NCBI GenBank assembly: GCA_963845065.1
Contig: CAWJQQ010000006.1
Coordinates: 1-64,000 of the forward strand
DNA: 64,000 nt
Source of the DNA: Nitrospirota bacterium
Lineage (GTDB): Bacteria > Nitrospirota > UBA9217
Direction of reading: 5' to 3'
In this document: piece by piece, positions 1-10,292 of the stretch
Position numbering within the stretch: the stretch's first letter is position 1
How the letters are laid out: each line of letters starts with the position of its first letter
The notes under the pieces: model-generated
Database searches by the model: none
The model's input: the letters and a program-made list of their open reading frames with translations, nothing else
Told to the model about the DNA's origin: nothing
Position numbers and translations under genes: made by a program

Positions 1-186
1 ATGCACTTTCCCTGGGAGATAAGATCGGTGACATTCGCGGCGTCCTTGATGTCATTCTTATCCCAGCGGCCGTCTAGAAACTGCCGGTTGTTCTTGACTG
101 ACTCACCTCCCACAAGCCCCTTGCGGATCATCTGATTAAGTGCGGGCACATGGTTGTTCTTGGTCTGGTAGTTCGCTATAGGCTCG
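1..186 (-). pseudogene. IS110-family transposase internal fragment (runs off window edge; contains a small internal inversion)
   Basis: Minus strand reads EPIANY...ESVKNNRQFLDGRWDKNDIKDAANVTDLISQGKC, carrying the E and DxxD residues of the IS110 DEDD domain. Confidence 0.7.
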
Positions 187-188
187 TG

Positions 189-452
189 TCATTTATGGTG
201 CAATAACATCGCAGTGAAACCTTGAGCGGTCAAGTGCTGGTAGATCTCATAGCCGCAAGGGCCTACTTCATATATGAAGCGATGCTCGGTACCAGCAGTA
301 CGGAACTTGCGGATAGCTTTGTCCAGTGATGCTGTATCGCGGCCGATGGAACCGTAGTGTCTCACCTCACCGTTTCGGCCTTCATCGGCTAAGGCAATAT
401 CAATGTGGTCTTTGTGTACATCGAGTCCGACAAATGTAATAGAATGTTTCAT
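189..452 (-). pseudogene. IS110-family transposase, N-terminal fragment (frameshifted/truncated)
   Basis: MKHSITFVGLDVHK...IYEVGPCGY motifs of DEDD_Tnp_IS110; AAGGAGG RBS upstream of ATG 452; frameshift/stop near 200. Confidence 0.8.
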
Positions 453-701
453 GACCTGCCTCCTTGGTTGTGGCTCTGCATTTGAGAACTGGGTTCCCAA
501 GTATAACCCACGTTGCAAGGAGCAGGTCCTTTTTTTCAACTGTCTGCCATGATGTCTCATAAATTTTCAACCTGTATCCGTATATGGTTACCCCCAATAC
601 CACAAGGTATTGTTGACATATTCTAAGATCAGGCATATATTCGTGCAATTAATGCCAGCTGGTCAATACGCTTTCACTCGGGAGCATTGTAAGACATATG
701 A

Positions 702-1301
702 ATGATAAATTTGTCCCTTCAAGAACTAACTATGATACATAAACGGTTCGACAGGTGGGCAGCAACCTACGATCAATCATTTATGCAAAGGTTGTATTTT
801 ATTCCAGTTCACTCCAGGATGCTTGACCTTCTTGTGCAAGAACTAAAGGCCCCGCCACTTTGTATTATTGATGTTGGCTGCGGAACGGGTCGCCTATTGC
901 GAGCCGCCGCTATCCGTTGGCCAGAGGCACAGTTATTTGGCGTCGATCCAGCCGAACAGATGGTTTCAGAAGCCAAGCGGCTTATTCCAGACGCCACTTT
1001 TCGGTTTGCATCGGCTGAGTCGCTTCCCTTTCCTGAACAAACCGCTGATATAGTTTTCAGCAGCTTATCGTTTCACCATTGGTCCAACCAAACAAAGGGC
1101 CTTCAAGAGGTTGCAAGGGTGCTTCGTCCCGGGGGATTGTTCTGTCTAGCCGATCATACAGTGCTGCTTGCCGATCTGATTGGTGGGAAGGTCAAGAGCC
1201 GTAATCAGATTCGAGCGCTATTAATTAGCGCCGGTCTCGCCGTTCAGCAGCATCAACAGCTGCGAATGCGATTCGTTCTCATAACTTTGGCCCAAAAATG
1301 A
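702..1301 (+). CDS. Class I SAM-dependent methyltransferase (UbiE/Methyltransf_11-like)
   Basis: IIDVGCGTG SAM-binding motif, AESLPF, RVLRPGG; start may be 732. Confidence 0.85.
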   Translation: MINLSLQELTMIHKRFDRWAATYDQSFMQRLYFIPVHSRMLDLLVQELKAPPLCIIDVGCGTGRLLRAAAIRWPEAQLFGVDPAEQMVSEAKRLIPDATFRFASAESLPFPEQTADIVFSSLSFHHWSNQTKGLQEVARVLRPGGLFCLADHTVLLADLIGGKVKSRNQIRALLISAGLAVQQHQQLRMRFVLITLAQK

Positions 1302-2312
1302 TCACACAGAACTTCATAGCAGTTTTTGATCGCAAAAAGCATGTGCTGGATGACTTCAGTATAATTGGAGGGCACAATGAAGACGGTTTTCAGCGCAGCA
1401 AATGTCACACTTGTGCGCAATTCCAGAATTTTTTGAAGAAAACGGGATCAAGTGCTAGGTCAAAAATTAATTTCTCCTGACTGGTATTAGTGAATACCAC
1501 CTGTTGAATGCAGGTTCGTATGAAAAAATATTCAAAGTCCATGTTTTGGATTATTATTTCACGGCATAGTTTCCACCTTTTTGCCCCTGTAGCTGGCCGG
1601 TGACATACGTTCTTCTGACTGGGAAGCGCATCGGGATTCATGTGCAAGTTACAGCCCATATTCTTGGCTCTCGTCACAATATTGCCAGTGCACACTAGTA
1701 GGTGATGCCGAGTTTCGTATAATATTAGTAGAGGTGCAGAATTTACATTGAAGTCTGCGGTGCACATTCACCAAGATCGCCCAGAATATCTTCTTCAGTT
1801 CAGGAAAATAATCACTGAGCGCTGCATAAAGCATATTCTTTGCGCCTGTGTTTTACTTCTGGATCTTTTCCCGAACCTTCGATAATATCCTCAAGTGCGT
1901 CGCGATTCCGTCCTCGATGATAGTTATCAATGTATCTACCCTCACGGGTGAGGTTTCTAAATGTTACGGCATCTTTTGCGTCGCTTTCGTCAATGAACTC
2001 TCATTAAGCTATCGCTTACGTTTTAATGAGGTAGTCCGTATGAACCGTACGGTATATCCCTTTTTCTTCGCAAAGTATTCGATTCTTCTACAATGGTAAC
2101 CTGTTGGTTCCAGGCCGATAAGAACATCCTTGAGCCCATGCTTCGTTTTCATTTCCTCAGTTATTCGCACAAACTTATCAATCCCTCTCGGAGTTATACA
2201 CTTTTGGATATCGAACCAGGAGTTTCCCAGCCTTGTTCACGTACCCCGTTGCACTAAATTTAGCGCTATATCTATTCCCATGACCAATGTACTGCTTTTC
2301 TTTTTACGCCGC

Positions 2313-4455
2313 TTCCGGGTAGGAGCAGCGGTTGCCCGCCGCTCCCCCCACAGACCCGGACGTGCCCGATTAAGGCATCCGGTTCGTCAGTCGCCGGTGG
2401 CCTTAGCCTCCGGCAAACCAAACAGGTACGCTGCCCGTTTGGCGCATAACTTTTGCTGTCCTTCGGCCCGATCAGAAGTTGTGGATGATCCTGGGTTTCG
2501 GCAGCGGGAATACTTTACGATGGACGCCATCAAACTCTTCGGCGGTCACGTAGCCTTTGCTGCAACGTCTCCCTAGCCACCGCCGCCAGGATTGTTCTGT
2601 ATGCTCGAACACCACTTCGAGCATTTTGAAGTTGCCCCGGATGCCGTAGTATTGGTAATGGCCTCGCAGCTTGGAGCAAAGCATCTTGTGCTGCTCCTTC
2701 ATGGGTTCGTGCAGGTTCTCCCGGCACCATTCCCATATGGCTTTCATGAACCTTCTGAGTCGTTTTCCGATCGTCTTCCGCTTGATGATCCAGTAGCCGT
2801 GGAGCGATTTGGCCCAGAAGTGGGTGAATCCGAGAAAGTCAAACGTTCCATTTTCCTTCTCCGTCTTCTCGCTCGCTAACGGCTGGATAAACCGAACCAG
2901 CTTTGTCTTTTCGGGATGAATGGTCAGGTCATACCTGCTAAACCGCTTGGGCAGGACTTCCAATACCCGGCGGGCATCGGCTTCCTGCTCGAATCCGATA
3001 ATAAAATCATCGGCAAACCGAATCAGGAAGCTTTTTCCCTTGAGCCTCGGCTGTACGTTTTGTACGAACCATTCATCCAGCACGTAGTGCAGAAATATGT
3101 TGGCCAGCATTGGCGATGCGACTCCGCCTTGTGGTGTCCCTTTGTCGGGATACATCATGTTCCCGCCCTCGAGCACACCAGCGTTGAGCCATTTGCCGAT
3201 TAGCCTCAATATTCCCCCGTCTTTCACTCTCTTCTCGATGAAGTTTCTAAGGTGTGTGTGATTGATGGTATCGAAAAAGCCGCTTACATCCGCATCCACT
3301 ATCCAGTTAATGTTCAACTTGATGCACTGCTCGCGCAGTTCCCGTATCGCCTGATGCTGACTATGACCTTTCCTGAAGCCATGTGAGAACGGAAGGAATA
3401 TCGGCTCGAAGATAACCTCAAGAATCATGACCACTGCTCGTTGGACGATCTTATCCTCGTAGCAGGGTTTTCCGATGGGTCTCAGCTTGCCGTCTTCCTT
3501 CTCGATCCACACACGTTCGACGGGCGGGGCCACGTACTGGTTGGACTTTAACCGTTTGTGCAGGTCGTGGAGATTTTCGTACAAGGCCTCGGCGTAGTCT
3601 TTCGCAGTTACCTTGTCCACCCCTGCCGCACTGTCTTTGCTCGTCCGGTGATACGCTTCCAGAAGTAGTTCATGGTCGATCAGGTGATACAGATTGTTGA
3701 ACACCATCTCCGGATAATTCCGTGCCTGTTCCGCAATCTTCTGGAGTTTCGGTGATATGATTGGCGATCCCGGAGTATCTCTCATAGTTCCTTCCAGAAG
3801 ACGTTATGCCCGGCCTCTCCTTCCCTTGAGTGGGTCCCTTGGACCTCGGTTCCCCACCTTCCCGATCCCGGATGTTTTCGGAACCATCGGTACTATGATC
3901 GGCTAAGACTGCCTGACGCTCGTCTCGCAGCACTTCGCTTTAGGTGGCGCTGCGATACCATGCTTGCTCTCTGGTTTCGCTCGTCGGTATTAGAGAGCGC
4001 GTTACCGACGCCGTGGACTTTGTTCCGCCGGTGTCCGTCCGGCTGTTCAGCATGGAAACATCAGGCTCTCTCAAGTTCCCGAGTTATCCCTTTGTGTGCA
4101 TGCCATGATCTAAGATCCCGGTGGTGTCCCTTTCGCTCGCCATTAACGCTCCGGGGACTGCTGCCTTCCGATGGCTCGATACGTCGGCTTTCCCTTCGAT
4201 GCTGTTGAAGGTTATCCCATTGTCCACAACTATACATATTTCGGGATTCAATAACATGGCCTGCAACTTGTTCCGCCCGGCTTCGCACCTTCCCTCACGG
4301 AAACGCACGCGGGCTTCGCTACCGACCTGCCGGCTGGGCTTTAGTCGGGTGGGACTTGAGCAACGGCGCTCTCACCCACTAGATAACATTGACAGATTTC
4401 ATCCCGCCTCTCGGCAGTATTCCCACTGTCTCGGGCTTATCTTGACGCGACGAAC
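2313..4455 (-). mobile_element. Group II intron (RT-encoding, En-minus)
   Basis: Domain V GAACCGGATGCCTTAATCGGGCACGTCCGGGTC (2353-2385), domain VI hairpin ending CTACCCGGAA, 5' end GTTCGTCGCG; RT ORF inside; boundaries uncertain by a few nt. Confidence 0.9.
2472..3785 (-). CDS. ltrA: Group II intron reverse transcriptase/maturase
   Basis: KLRPIG, GTPQGGVASPMLANIFLH, RFADDF, FDFLGF motifs; domain X present, no HNH endonuclease. Confidence 0.95.
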   Translation of the reverse strand: MRDTPGSPIISPKLQKIAEQARNYPEMVFNNLYHLIDHELLLEAYHRTSKDSAAGVDKVTAKDYAEALYENLHDLHKRLKSNQYVAPPVERVWIEKEDGKLRPIGKPCYEDKIVQRAVVMILEVIFEPIFLPFSHGFRKGHSQHQAIRELREQCIKLNINWIVDADVSGFFDTINHTHLRNFIEKRVKDGGILRLIGKWLNAGVLEGGNMMYPDKGTPQGGVASPMLANIFLHYVLDEWFVQNVQPRLKGKSFLIRFADDFIIGFEQEADARRVLEVLPKRFSRYDLTIHPEKTKLVRFIQPLASEKTEKENGTFDFLGFTHFWAKSLHGYWIIKRKTIGKRLRRFMKAIWEWCRENLHEPMKEQHKMLCSKLRGHYQYYGIRGNFKMLEVVFEHTEQSWRRWLGRRCSKGYVTAEEFDGVHRKVFPLPKPRIIHNF

Positions 4456-5097
4456 TGCTTGTTATAATCATTGTCAAACATGGCAATTTCTCTTTTACGT
4501 TAAGAGTTAATACTCGCTGGTATAACTTTAGCAGATAGAAGTTGCCATGTAATAAAGCTGTATTCTTGACAATATCTCTCCATAGAATACTCAATCGGAA
4601 TCGTTGATAATCATTTAAAAGACATCTACCTGAGCATAACTGAACGATTTAACACCAGTATACTTACAATAAGATTTCTTTTCCCGTAGAGGTGCAGATC
4701 GTCCCACCATGCCGTTAGAAGCATCTTTACTGTTCATTCCGTGAGCCATATTCGGGCTGGTTCACAACCATTAAATTTGTACAATCATTTGTACGCGGCC
4801 TGAAACCGGAGATTTTCTGGTACGTCATAAGACGGAAAGGGTCAATGGATCAATGCCGTTCCATCGTGACCAAAATCCTTGGAGGTGACTTGCGCAATGA
4901 AAATCATCGCAAAAAACTGAATGAAACTGAGGCAATCGTGAGGATAGCGATAACGCAAAGACTCAATGAGGTGCGTTCTTTTTCTCATCAATGAATATTA
5001 ATGTGCCCTTGACAATACCCTTTAAATGAGTAACCATGCCGTATAGGAACCATGTCCTTAAAATCTGAATGTTCGTTGAACCGACGGTATTGCCGAA

Positions 5098-6639
5098 ATG
5101 AGCAGTAACGGTGCCAGCAGGGGATTAATTGCCTTCACGGTAATGCTCCCAACGTTGATCGAGATCATCGATACGTCTGTCGTGAATGTGTCGCTCGACC
5201 ACATCCGGGGGTCACTATCTGCAGGCTATGACGAGGCTACTTGGACAATCACCGCCTACCTCGTATCCAACGCCATAGTAATTCCCATGTCAGGCTGGCT
5301 TGCTCGTCTTATTGGAAGAAAAAACTACCAGATTGCTTCCATCGGCCTGTTTACGTTCAGTTCCTTTATGTGCGGTTCTTCATGGAGTCTGTCCAGCCTT
5401 ATATTCTTCAGGGTCCTACAGGGAATTGGTGGCGGTGGTCTAGTGCCCATCAGCCAGTCCATTCTCCTTGAGTCATTTCCCAAGGAGAAGCATGGTCAGG
5501 CAATGGCCATATTCGGCCTGGGGACCGTATTTGGTCCTATCGCTGGACCAATCTTAGGGGGCTGGATCACCGACACCGCGTCCTGGCGGTGGATCTTTTA
5601 CATCAACATTCCCATTGGTATTCTCGCAATCATTATGAACATCATTGTGATCAAGGATCCGCCGTACATGCAGCGCCAGAAGATGAAAATCGATTACTGG
5701 GGGCTTTTGTTCCTTTCTGTCGGGCTTGGTTCGCTCCAGTTTGTTCTCGACAAAGGAGAGAGAGAGGACTGGTTCGGATCTAACCTCATCGTCTTGATCG
5801 CCATTCTCTCGGCGGCGTCCCTTACTTTTCTGGTGATTAACGAGTATTATTCAGAACATCCGATTGTTAATCTGAAGTTGCTTAAAGACCGGACCTTCAC
5901 GAGCGGTGTGGCCCTACTATTCTGCGTATATCTGAACCTCTTCGGAAGCATCGTGCTGATCCCGAGTTACCTGCAGATGCTGATGGGATACACTTCGTTC
6001 TACGCAGGGCTTGTGCTCGGGCCGGGAGGAATCGCCACCATGATCGCTATGCAGACTGCAGGCAGGCTGGTGAACAAGGTCAATCCAAAGCGTATTCTTG
6101 CCGTTGGCATCACGATCTGCGCCTTCAGCACCTTCCTGATGTCCCGCTTCAACCTCACAGCGGACTTTTGGACATTTGTCTGGCCGCGAGTTATCCTGGG
6201 CCTTGGTATGGGTTTTACCTTCATTCCTCTGACAACCATGACGCTCTCTCACATCCCAAAGGAACACATGACCGAGGCAACCTCCCTGTACAACCTGTTG
6301 CGGAACCTCGGAGGCAGCGTTGGAATCGCTTTTACCACTACAATGCTCGCACGGCGAACACAATTCCATCAGGTCAGGCTCATGGAGAATCTTTCACCCT
6401 TTGATCCTGTCTACCAATACAGACACGAAGCGCTGACGTCGTTCCTTGTCTCAAAAGGAATTTCACCAGCAGGAACTAACGGCCTGATGAACCAGGAATT
6501 GATTCGGCAGTCAACAACCCTGGCTTTCAACGATACATTCGTAATAATATGCATTCTCATCCTCTGTGTTCTTCCACTAGTATTTATCATGAAGAGGGCA
6601 GCTCCTTCTACAGACATTCCTCCGGTGGATGTGCATTAA
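5098..6639 (+). CDS. DHA2 family (EmrB/QacA) MFS efflux permease
   Basis: DTSVVNVSL, WTITAYL, FRVLQGIGGG, WRWIFYINIPIG; many hydrophobic segments. Confidence 0.93.
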   Translation: MSSNGASRGLIAFTVMLPTLIEIIDTSVVNVSLDHIRGSLSAGYDEATWTITAYLVSNAIVIPMSGWLARLIGRKNYQIASIGLFTFSSFMCGSSWSLSSLIFFRVLQGIGGGGLVPISQSILLESFPKEKHGQAMAIFGLGTVFGPIAGPILGGWITDTASWRWIFYINIPIGILAIIMNIIVIKDPPYMQRQKMKIDYWGLLFLSVGLGSLQFVLDKGEREDWFGSNLIVLIAILSAASLTFLVINEYYSEHPIVNLKLLKDRTFTSGVALLFCVYLNLFGSIVLIPSYLQMLMGYTSFYAGLVLGPGGIATMIAMQTAGRLVNKVNPKRILAVGITICAFSTFLMSRFNLTADFWTFVWPRVILGLGMGFTFIPLTTMTLSHIPKEHMTEATSLYNLLRNLGGSVGIAFTTTMLARRTQFHQVRLMENLSPFDPVYQYRHEALTSFLVSKGISPAGTNGLMNQELIRQSTTLAFNDTFVIICILILCVLPLVFIMKRAAPSTDIPPVDVH

Positions 6640-7158
6640 TTCGCTTGGTAAAGATATTCGAATGCACTGATTTAGGGTAGTCTTTTGATCATGTTCCGCT
6701 TCTTTAGTTTTAAACTCACTCCAATACCATACTCTCTATACTTAGTTCATAAAGTGGGAAAAGTCAGTGTGCCACATACTTTTATGTTCACTACATGATA
6801 TAATTGATATTCTTTGCTATCGTAAATTTATTGGGACTGCAGACTTGTAGATGTTGATCGGAGCACCAGGATCGGTGAAAAAGCGATCATTGCTATTTAA
6901 AGTATGCATTCAAATATCCTTCCTATATCTATTATTTTTTTCATTTCTCTCAACTCATAAAGTTTCAATCCGAATTCGTTAACATTTTACCCATAAAATA
7001 TCTAGGCAGATTCATAACTAAGCGGATTCATTGATTTAATGGTTATTGAAGAATATAATCTGATCAAAAGTACCTTTTTGTTCTAGCTAAATTCTAATTC
7101 TTAATTCCGAATTAAATGCAATCTCTCCATCAAGGTACGTAGGCAGTGGGTTTAAGTG

Positions 7159-8686
7159 GAGGTTATACTGTTTTTAGTTGAAATTGAAAAGAGTGGCTCC
7201 CCCGTGGCATAATCCACGGTAGAGAGAGAGAAACAAAGAAAGGAGCCACTCGATGAAGGATACCACAAGGAAGAGGAAAAAGGCAATACGAGGAATTGAA
7301 GAGGCATATGGAAGGCAGGAGATCATTGAACAGATGTATTATGTCTTCGCAAAAGGTAAACAGGGTTTTGATGAATGCATGAAGGAAATGGGCCGACTGA
7401 TGGCGGAGACGATCATGTACATCGAGCGTGAGGAGATTGCCGGGCCAGACTACCAGCCCACCAGTCCTGACCTGTGGAAGTGGGCAAGCCAGGGCGGTTC
7501 CGTCTATATCGGAGATCAGAAGATCCCAGTGACCCACCCTCGGCTTCGAGGTCCGGCTGGTGAGATTGCGCTTCAGAGTTATCAGAAGTTGAAAAAACCG
7601 GAAGGTTTCTCAGAAGAATTGCTTGGAAAGGTACTCCGTGGCATATCATGCCGGAAGTATGCGGAGACGGTTGTAGATACGGCGCAAGCATTTGGCGTAT
7701 CTGCCAGCACGGTGTCGAGCCATATCGTCGCGGCAACAGCAAAACAGCTTCAGGAGTTTAAGGAACGGTCACTCACGTCATTCGTCCCCTTTGCAGTCTT
7801 TTTAGACACTGTTCACCGCGGCGGAGAGGCATTCATCGTGGCGCTGGGGCTCGATAGTGCTGGAACGAAGCAGACATTGGGATTCTGGCAGGGGGCGACG
7901 GAGAACCATGAATTGTGCGAAGAACTGTTTTCCGATATGGAACGGCGGGGTCTGACACTATCACGACGAATCATCTGGGTCACCGATGGTGGCAGAGGCG
8001 TAATCAAAGCTCTCCGGGATCGCTTCGGCAAGAAATTGATCCATCAGCGGTGCACGATCCACAAGGACCGCAATATACAGCATCATTTGCCGAAGAAATA
8101 CCGGAAAGACGCACACAGGAGGTTCCGAACTGCCCTGGAGCAGAATAATTACGCAGATGCTCGTCAGATGCTTCTGGACATGGAGAAATGGCTTCGGGGC
8201 ATCAATGAGTCGGCGGCTGATTCGCTCATGGAAGCGATAGAAGACATTCTCACCCTTCACCGGTTGAAGGTTCCCGCTCTCTTGCGGAATACCTTGCATT
8301 CTACCAATCCTATTGAGAGCATGTTTTCTACGGTGAGAAAAGCAGAGGGCAATATAAAGCGCTATCGCGACAGCAAGATGATGCAGCGCTGGCTCGCTTC
8401 TGTTCTTTTATATGCTGAACAAGGATTCAGGAAGATCAAGGGTCACGCCTTCATCGCGGACGTGATGAAACGGATCGAGGCGGACGAAATAAATGACCTA
8501 ACGGTCAAAAAGGCTGCATAAGGAGGGATGGTTAGGTATGGCTCGGCCTCAGAAAACTCAAATATGGCGATCCTACGAATCCGATTTTATACACAACGAT
8601 GCTTTACACCGTTGAATCGATAAAAAGCCTTAGCCGAAGGGAGCGCGGGCCACTCAACTAATTTCAACTAAAAACTTGACCTGATC
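7159..8686 (+). mobile_element. IS256-family insertion sequence, apparently intact
   Basis: Terminal IRs sharing GTTTTTAGTTGAAATT; 8-bp direct repeat TTTAAGTG at 7151-7158 and 8687-8694. Confidence 0.9.
7253..8521 (+). CDS. IS256-family (mutator-type) transposase
   Basis: VFLD, WVTDGG, QRCTIHKDRN, STNPIES motifs. Confidence 0.92.
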   Translation: MKDTTRKRKKAIRGIEEAYGRQEIIEQMYYVFAKGKQGFDECMKEMGRLMAETIMYIEREEIAGPDYQPTSPDLWKWASQGGSVYIGDQKIPVTHPRLRGPAGEIALQSYQKLKKPEGFSEELLGKVLRGISCRKYAETVVDTAQAFGVSASTVSSHIVAATAKQLQEFKERSLTSFVPFAVFLDTVHRGGEAFIVALGLDSAGTKQTLGFWQGATENHELCEELFSDMERRGLTLSRRIIWVTDGGRGVIKALRDRFGKKLIHQRCTIHKDRNIQHHLPKKYRKDAHRRFRTALEQNNYADARQMLLDMEKWLRGINESAADSLMEAIEDILTLHRLKVPALLRNTLHSTNPIESMFSTVRKAEGNIKRYRDSKMMQRWLASVLLYAEQGFRKIKGHAFIADVMKRIEADEINDLTVKKAA

Positions 8687-8721
8687 TTTAAGTGACGAAT
8701 TAGCATAAAGGGCCAAGGAGG

Positions 8722-9111
8722 TTGAAAATGGGGGCTACTAAACATACAGTATCGATCGTAAAATACGATGAAACATCCGGTTCTGTAGTAAAGGCTGTCG
8801 TGTTGTGCAATGGATTTCAAGGCTTGAAAACGACTGACAGGGTTCTCTTTAAGCCAACCATTGTATGGGGTGCGGGATTAACAAGGAAAATGCCTAAATT
8901 CGGCCTCATTACCACAGCACGAGTTATCGAAGTCATCGTCAAATTACTACTTGATTATGGTTGTACAATTATTTCTCTGGGAGAAGGCACGACGGAAGAT
9001 AAAGAAATCGGATCAGATACCATGAAGGGGTATAGATGGTCCGGGATGGATAGGGTTGCAAAGAGATATGGTGTAGCATATTTATTTATAATATCATGGA
9101 GAACACTTTGA
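8722..9111 (+). pseudogene. DUF362-domain protein, N-terminal fragment
   Basis: DRVLFKPTIV...TTARVIE...GEG pattern; ends abruptly where the low-GC acyltransferase begins. Confidence 0.55.
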
Positions 9112-10292
9112 CATCCATAGAAAATCGTTCTAGACGGGATATCTCACTTGATTATCTACGAGCAACATTAATATTAATGGTAGTAGCACATCATAGTTCA
9201 TTAGCTTACACGACATTTGCTTATTTTAATCCTATTAATTATTTATCATCGACACACCCTGTTGTGGACTCGTCGCGCTGGCTTTTCCTCGACTACGCAG
9301 AAAACTTCAACGATGTTTTTATCATGTCGTTGATGTTCTGCATTTCAGGCATATTCGTATGGCCAGCCTTACAGCGATATGGAGTATTGAAATTTTTACG
9401 TCGACGTCTGATGCGGTTAGGCATTCCCTTTGTTCTTGGATCCTTTTTTATTATGCCGTTAGCCTATTATGCATCATGGCAATTGACCAGTAAAGATGCA
9501 GGATATTTCGCTTTCTGGCTGCAGTTCATACTTAGAACATGGATACCAGGACCATTGTGGTTCATTTGGATGTTACTATTATTCGATATAATTGCTGCGG
9601 TTATATTTTTTACTTTGCCAAAACGGTCGTTTAAAATAGCAGACATGATTTGCATTACCGGTAAACGACGTCCCTGGATGATAGCAATAGTAATGTTTTT
9701 TGTTTGTGCATTTCTATACATCCCTATGCTTTCTCGATTCGGATTCCGCACATGGACTGCATTCTTAACTCTTCCATTTGTCTTCCAGGTACCTCGCTTC
9801 GGATTACACTTTGCCTGGTTTTTTCTCGGTCTTTTAATCGGTTACAGCAGTCTTGATAGAGGGATCCTAGCCAATGATGGCATAATGGCTCAACACTGGC
9901 GTAGGTGGATCTCCAGCTGTTTTATAGCGTATAATATACTTGTCTTCGTCCCACGAATTCCAATATTATCATTGCACTTGTCACTAAGAATGCTTGGTGC
10001 TATTGAAGCGGTTTTTTGGGTCGTCAGTTGTGTCACAAGTTGTTTTGGTTTTTTCGCTTTATTTCGCAATATTGTTAAGAAGCATCGATTATGGATGGAT
10101 TCAATCTCACGCTGTTCATATGCAATCTATTTAGTGCACTGGTTGTTTGTACTTTGGCTACAACGATTATTATTGAATCAACCTATGCATGCAAGTTTCA
10201 AATTTTTATTAGTATTTATAATTGCAACATTTTTAAGTTGGATTACAGCACAATTCTTATTGAAGATTCCGAAAGCGAATCAAGTACTTTAG
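9096..10292 (+). CDS. Acyltransferase family 3 membrane protein (OpgC-like)
   Basis: LDYLRA..VVAHH, MSLMFCISG, RLGIPF, GPLWF, SYAIYLVH; low GC. Confidence 0.88.
   Translation: MENTLTSIENRSRRDISLDYLRATLILMVVAHHSSLAYTTFAYFNPINYLSSTHPVVDSSRWLFLDYAENFNDVFIMSLMFCISGIFVWPALQRYGVLKFLRRRLMRLGIPFVLGSFFIMPLAYYASWQLTSKDAGYFAFWLQFILRTWIPGPLWFIWMLLLFDIIAAVIFFTLPKRSFKIADMICITGKRRPWMIAIVMFFVCAFLYIPMLSRFGFRTWTAFLTLPFVFQVPRFGLHFAWFFLGLLIGYSSLDRGILANDGIMAQHWRRWISSCFIAYNILVFVPRIPILSLHLSLRMLGAIEAVFWVVSCVTSCFGFFALFRNIVKKHRLWMDSISRCSYAIYLVHWLFVLWLQRLLLNQPMHASFKFLLVFIIATFLSWITAQFLLKIPKANQVL

Larger units (their letters stand above)
1775..4481 (-). pseudogene. IS110-family transposase pseudogene split by a group II intron (exon 1 ~4456-4481, remainder ~2312-1775)
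   Basis: Reconstructed across frameshifts: MFDNDYNK|..KKKSSTLVMGIDI, LIGLEPTG, KSDAKDA, LSDYFPELKKIFW; multiple stops. Confidence 0.75.

Noticed and set aside
2472..3785. Retron, DGR or defence-associated RT
   Set aside because: Domains V/VI and the maturase region identify a group II intron; no template/variable repeat pair seen.
6640..7150. AT-rich gap as a possible gene or origin
   Set aside because: No ORF in the track and no repeats or DnaA-box cluster recognised.
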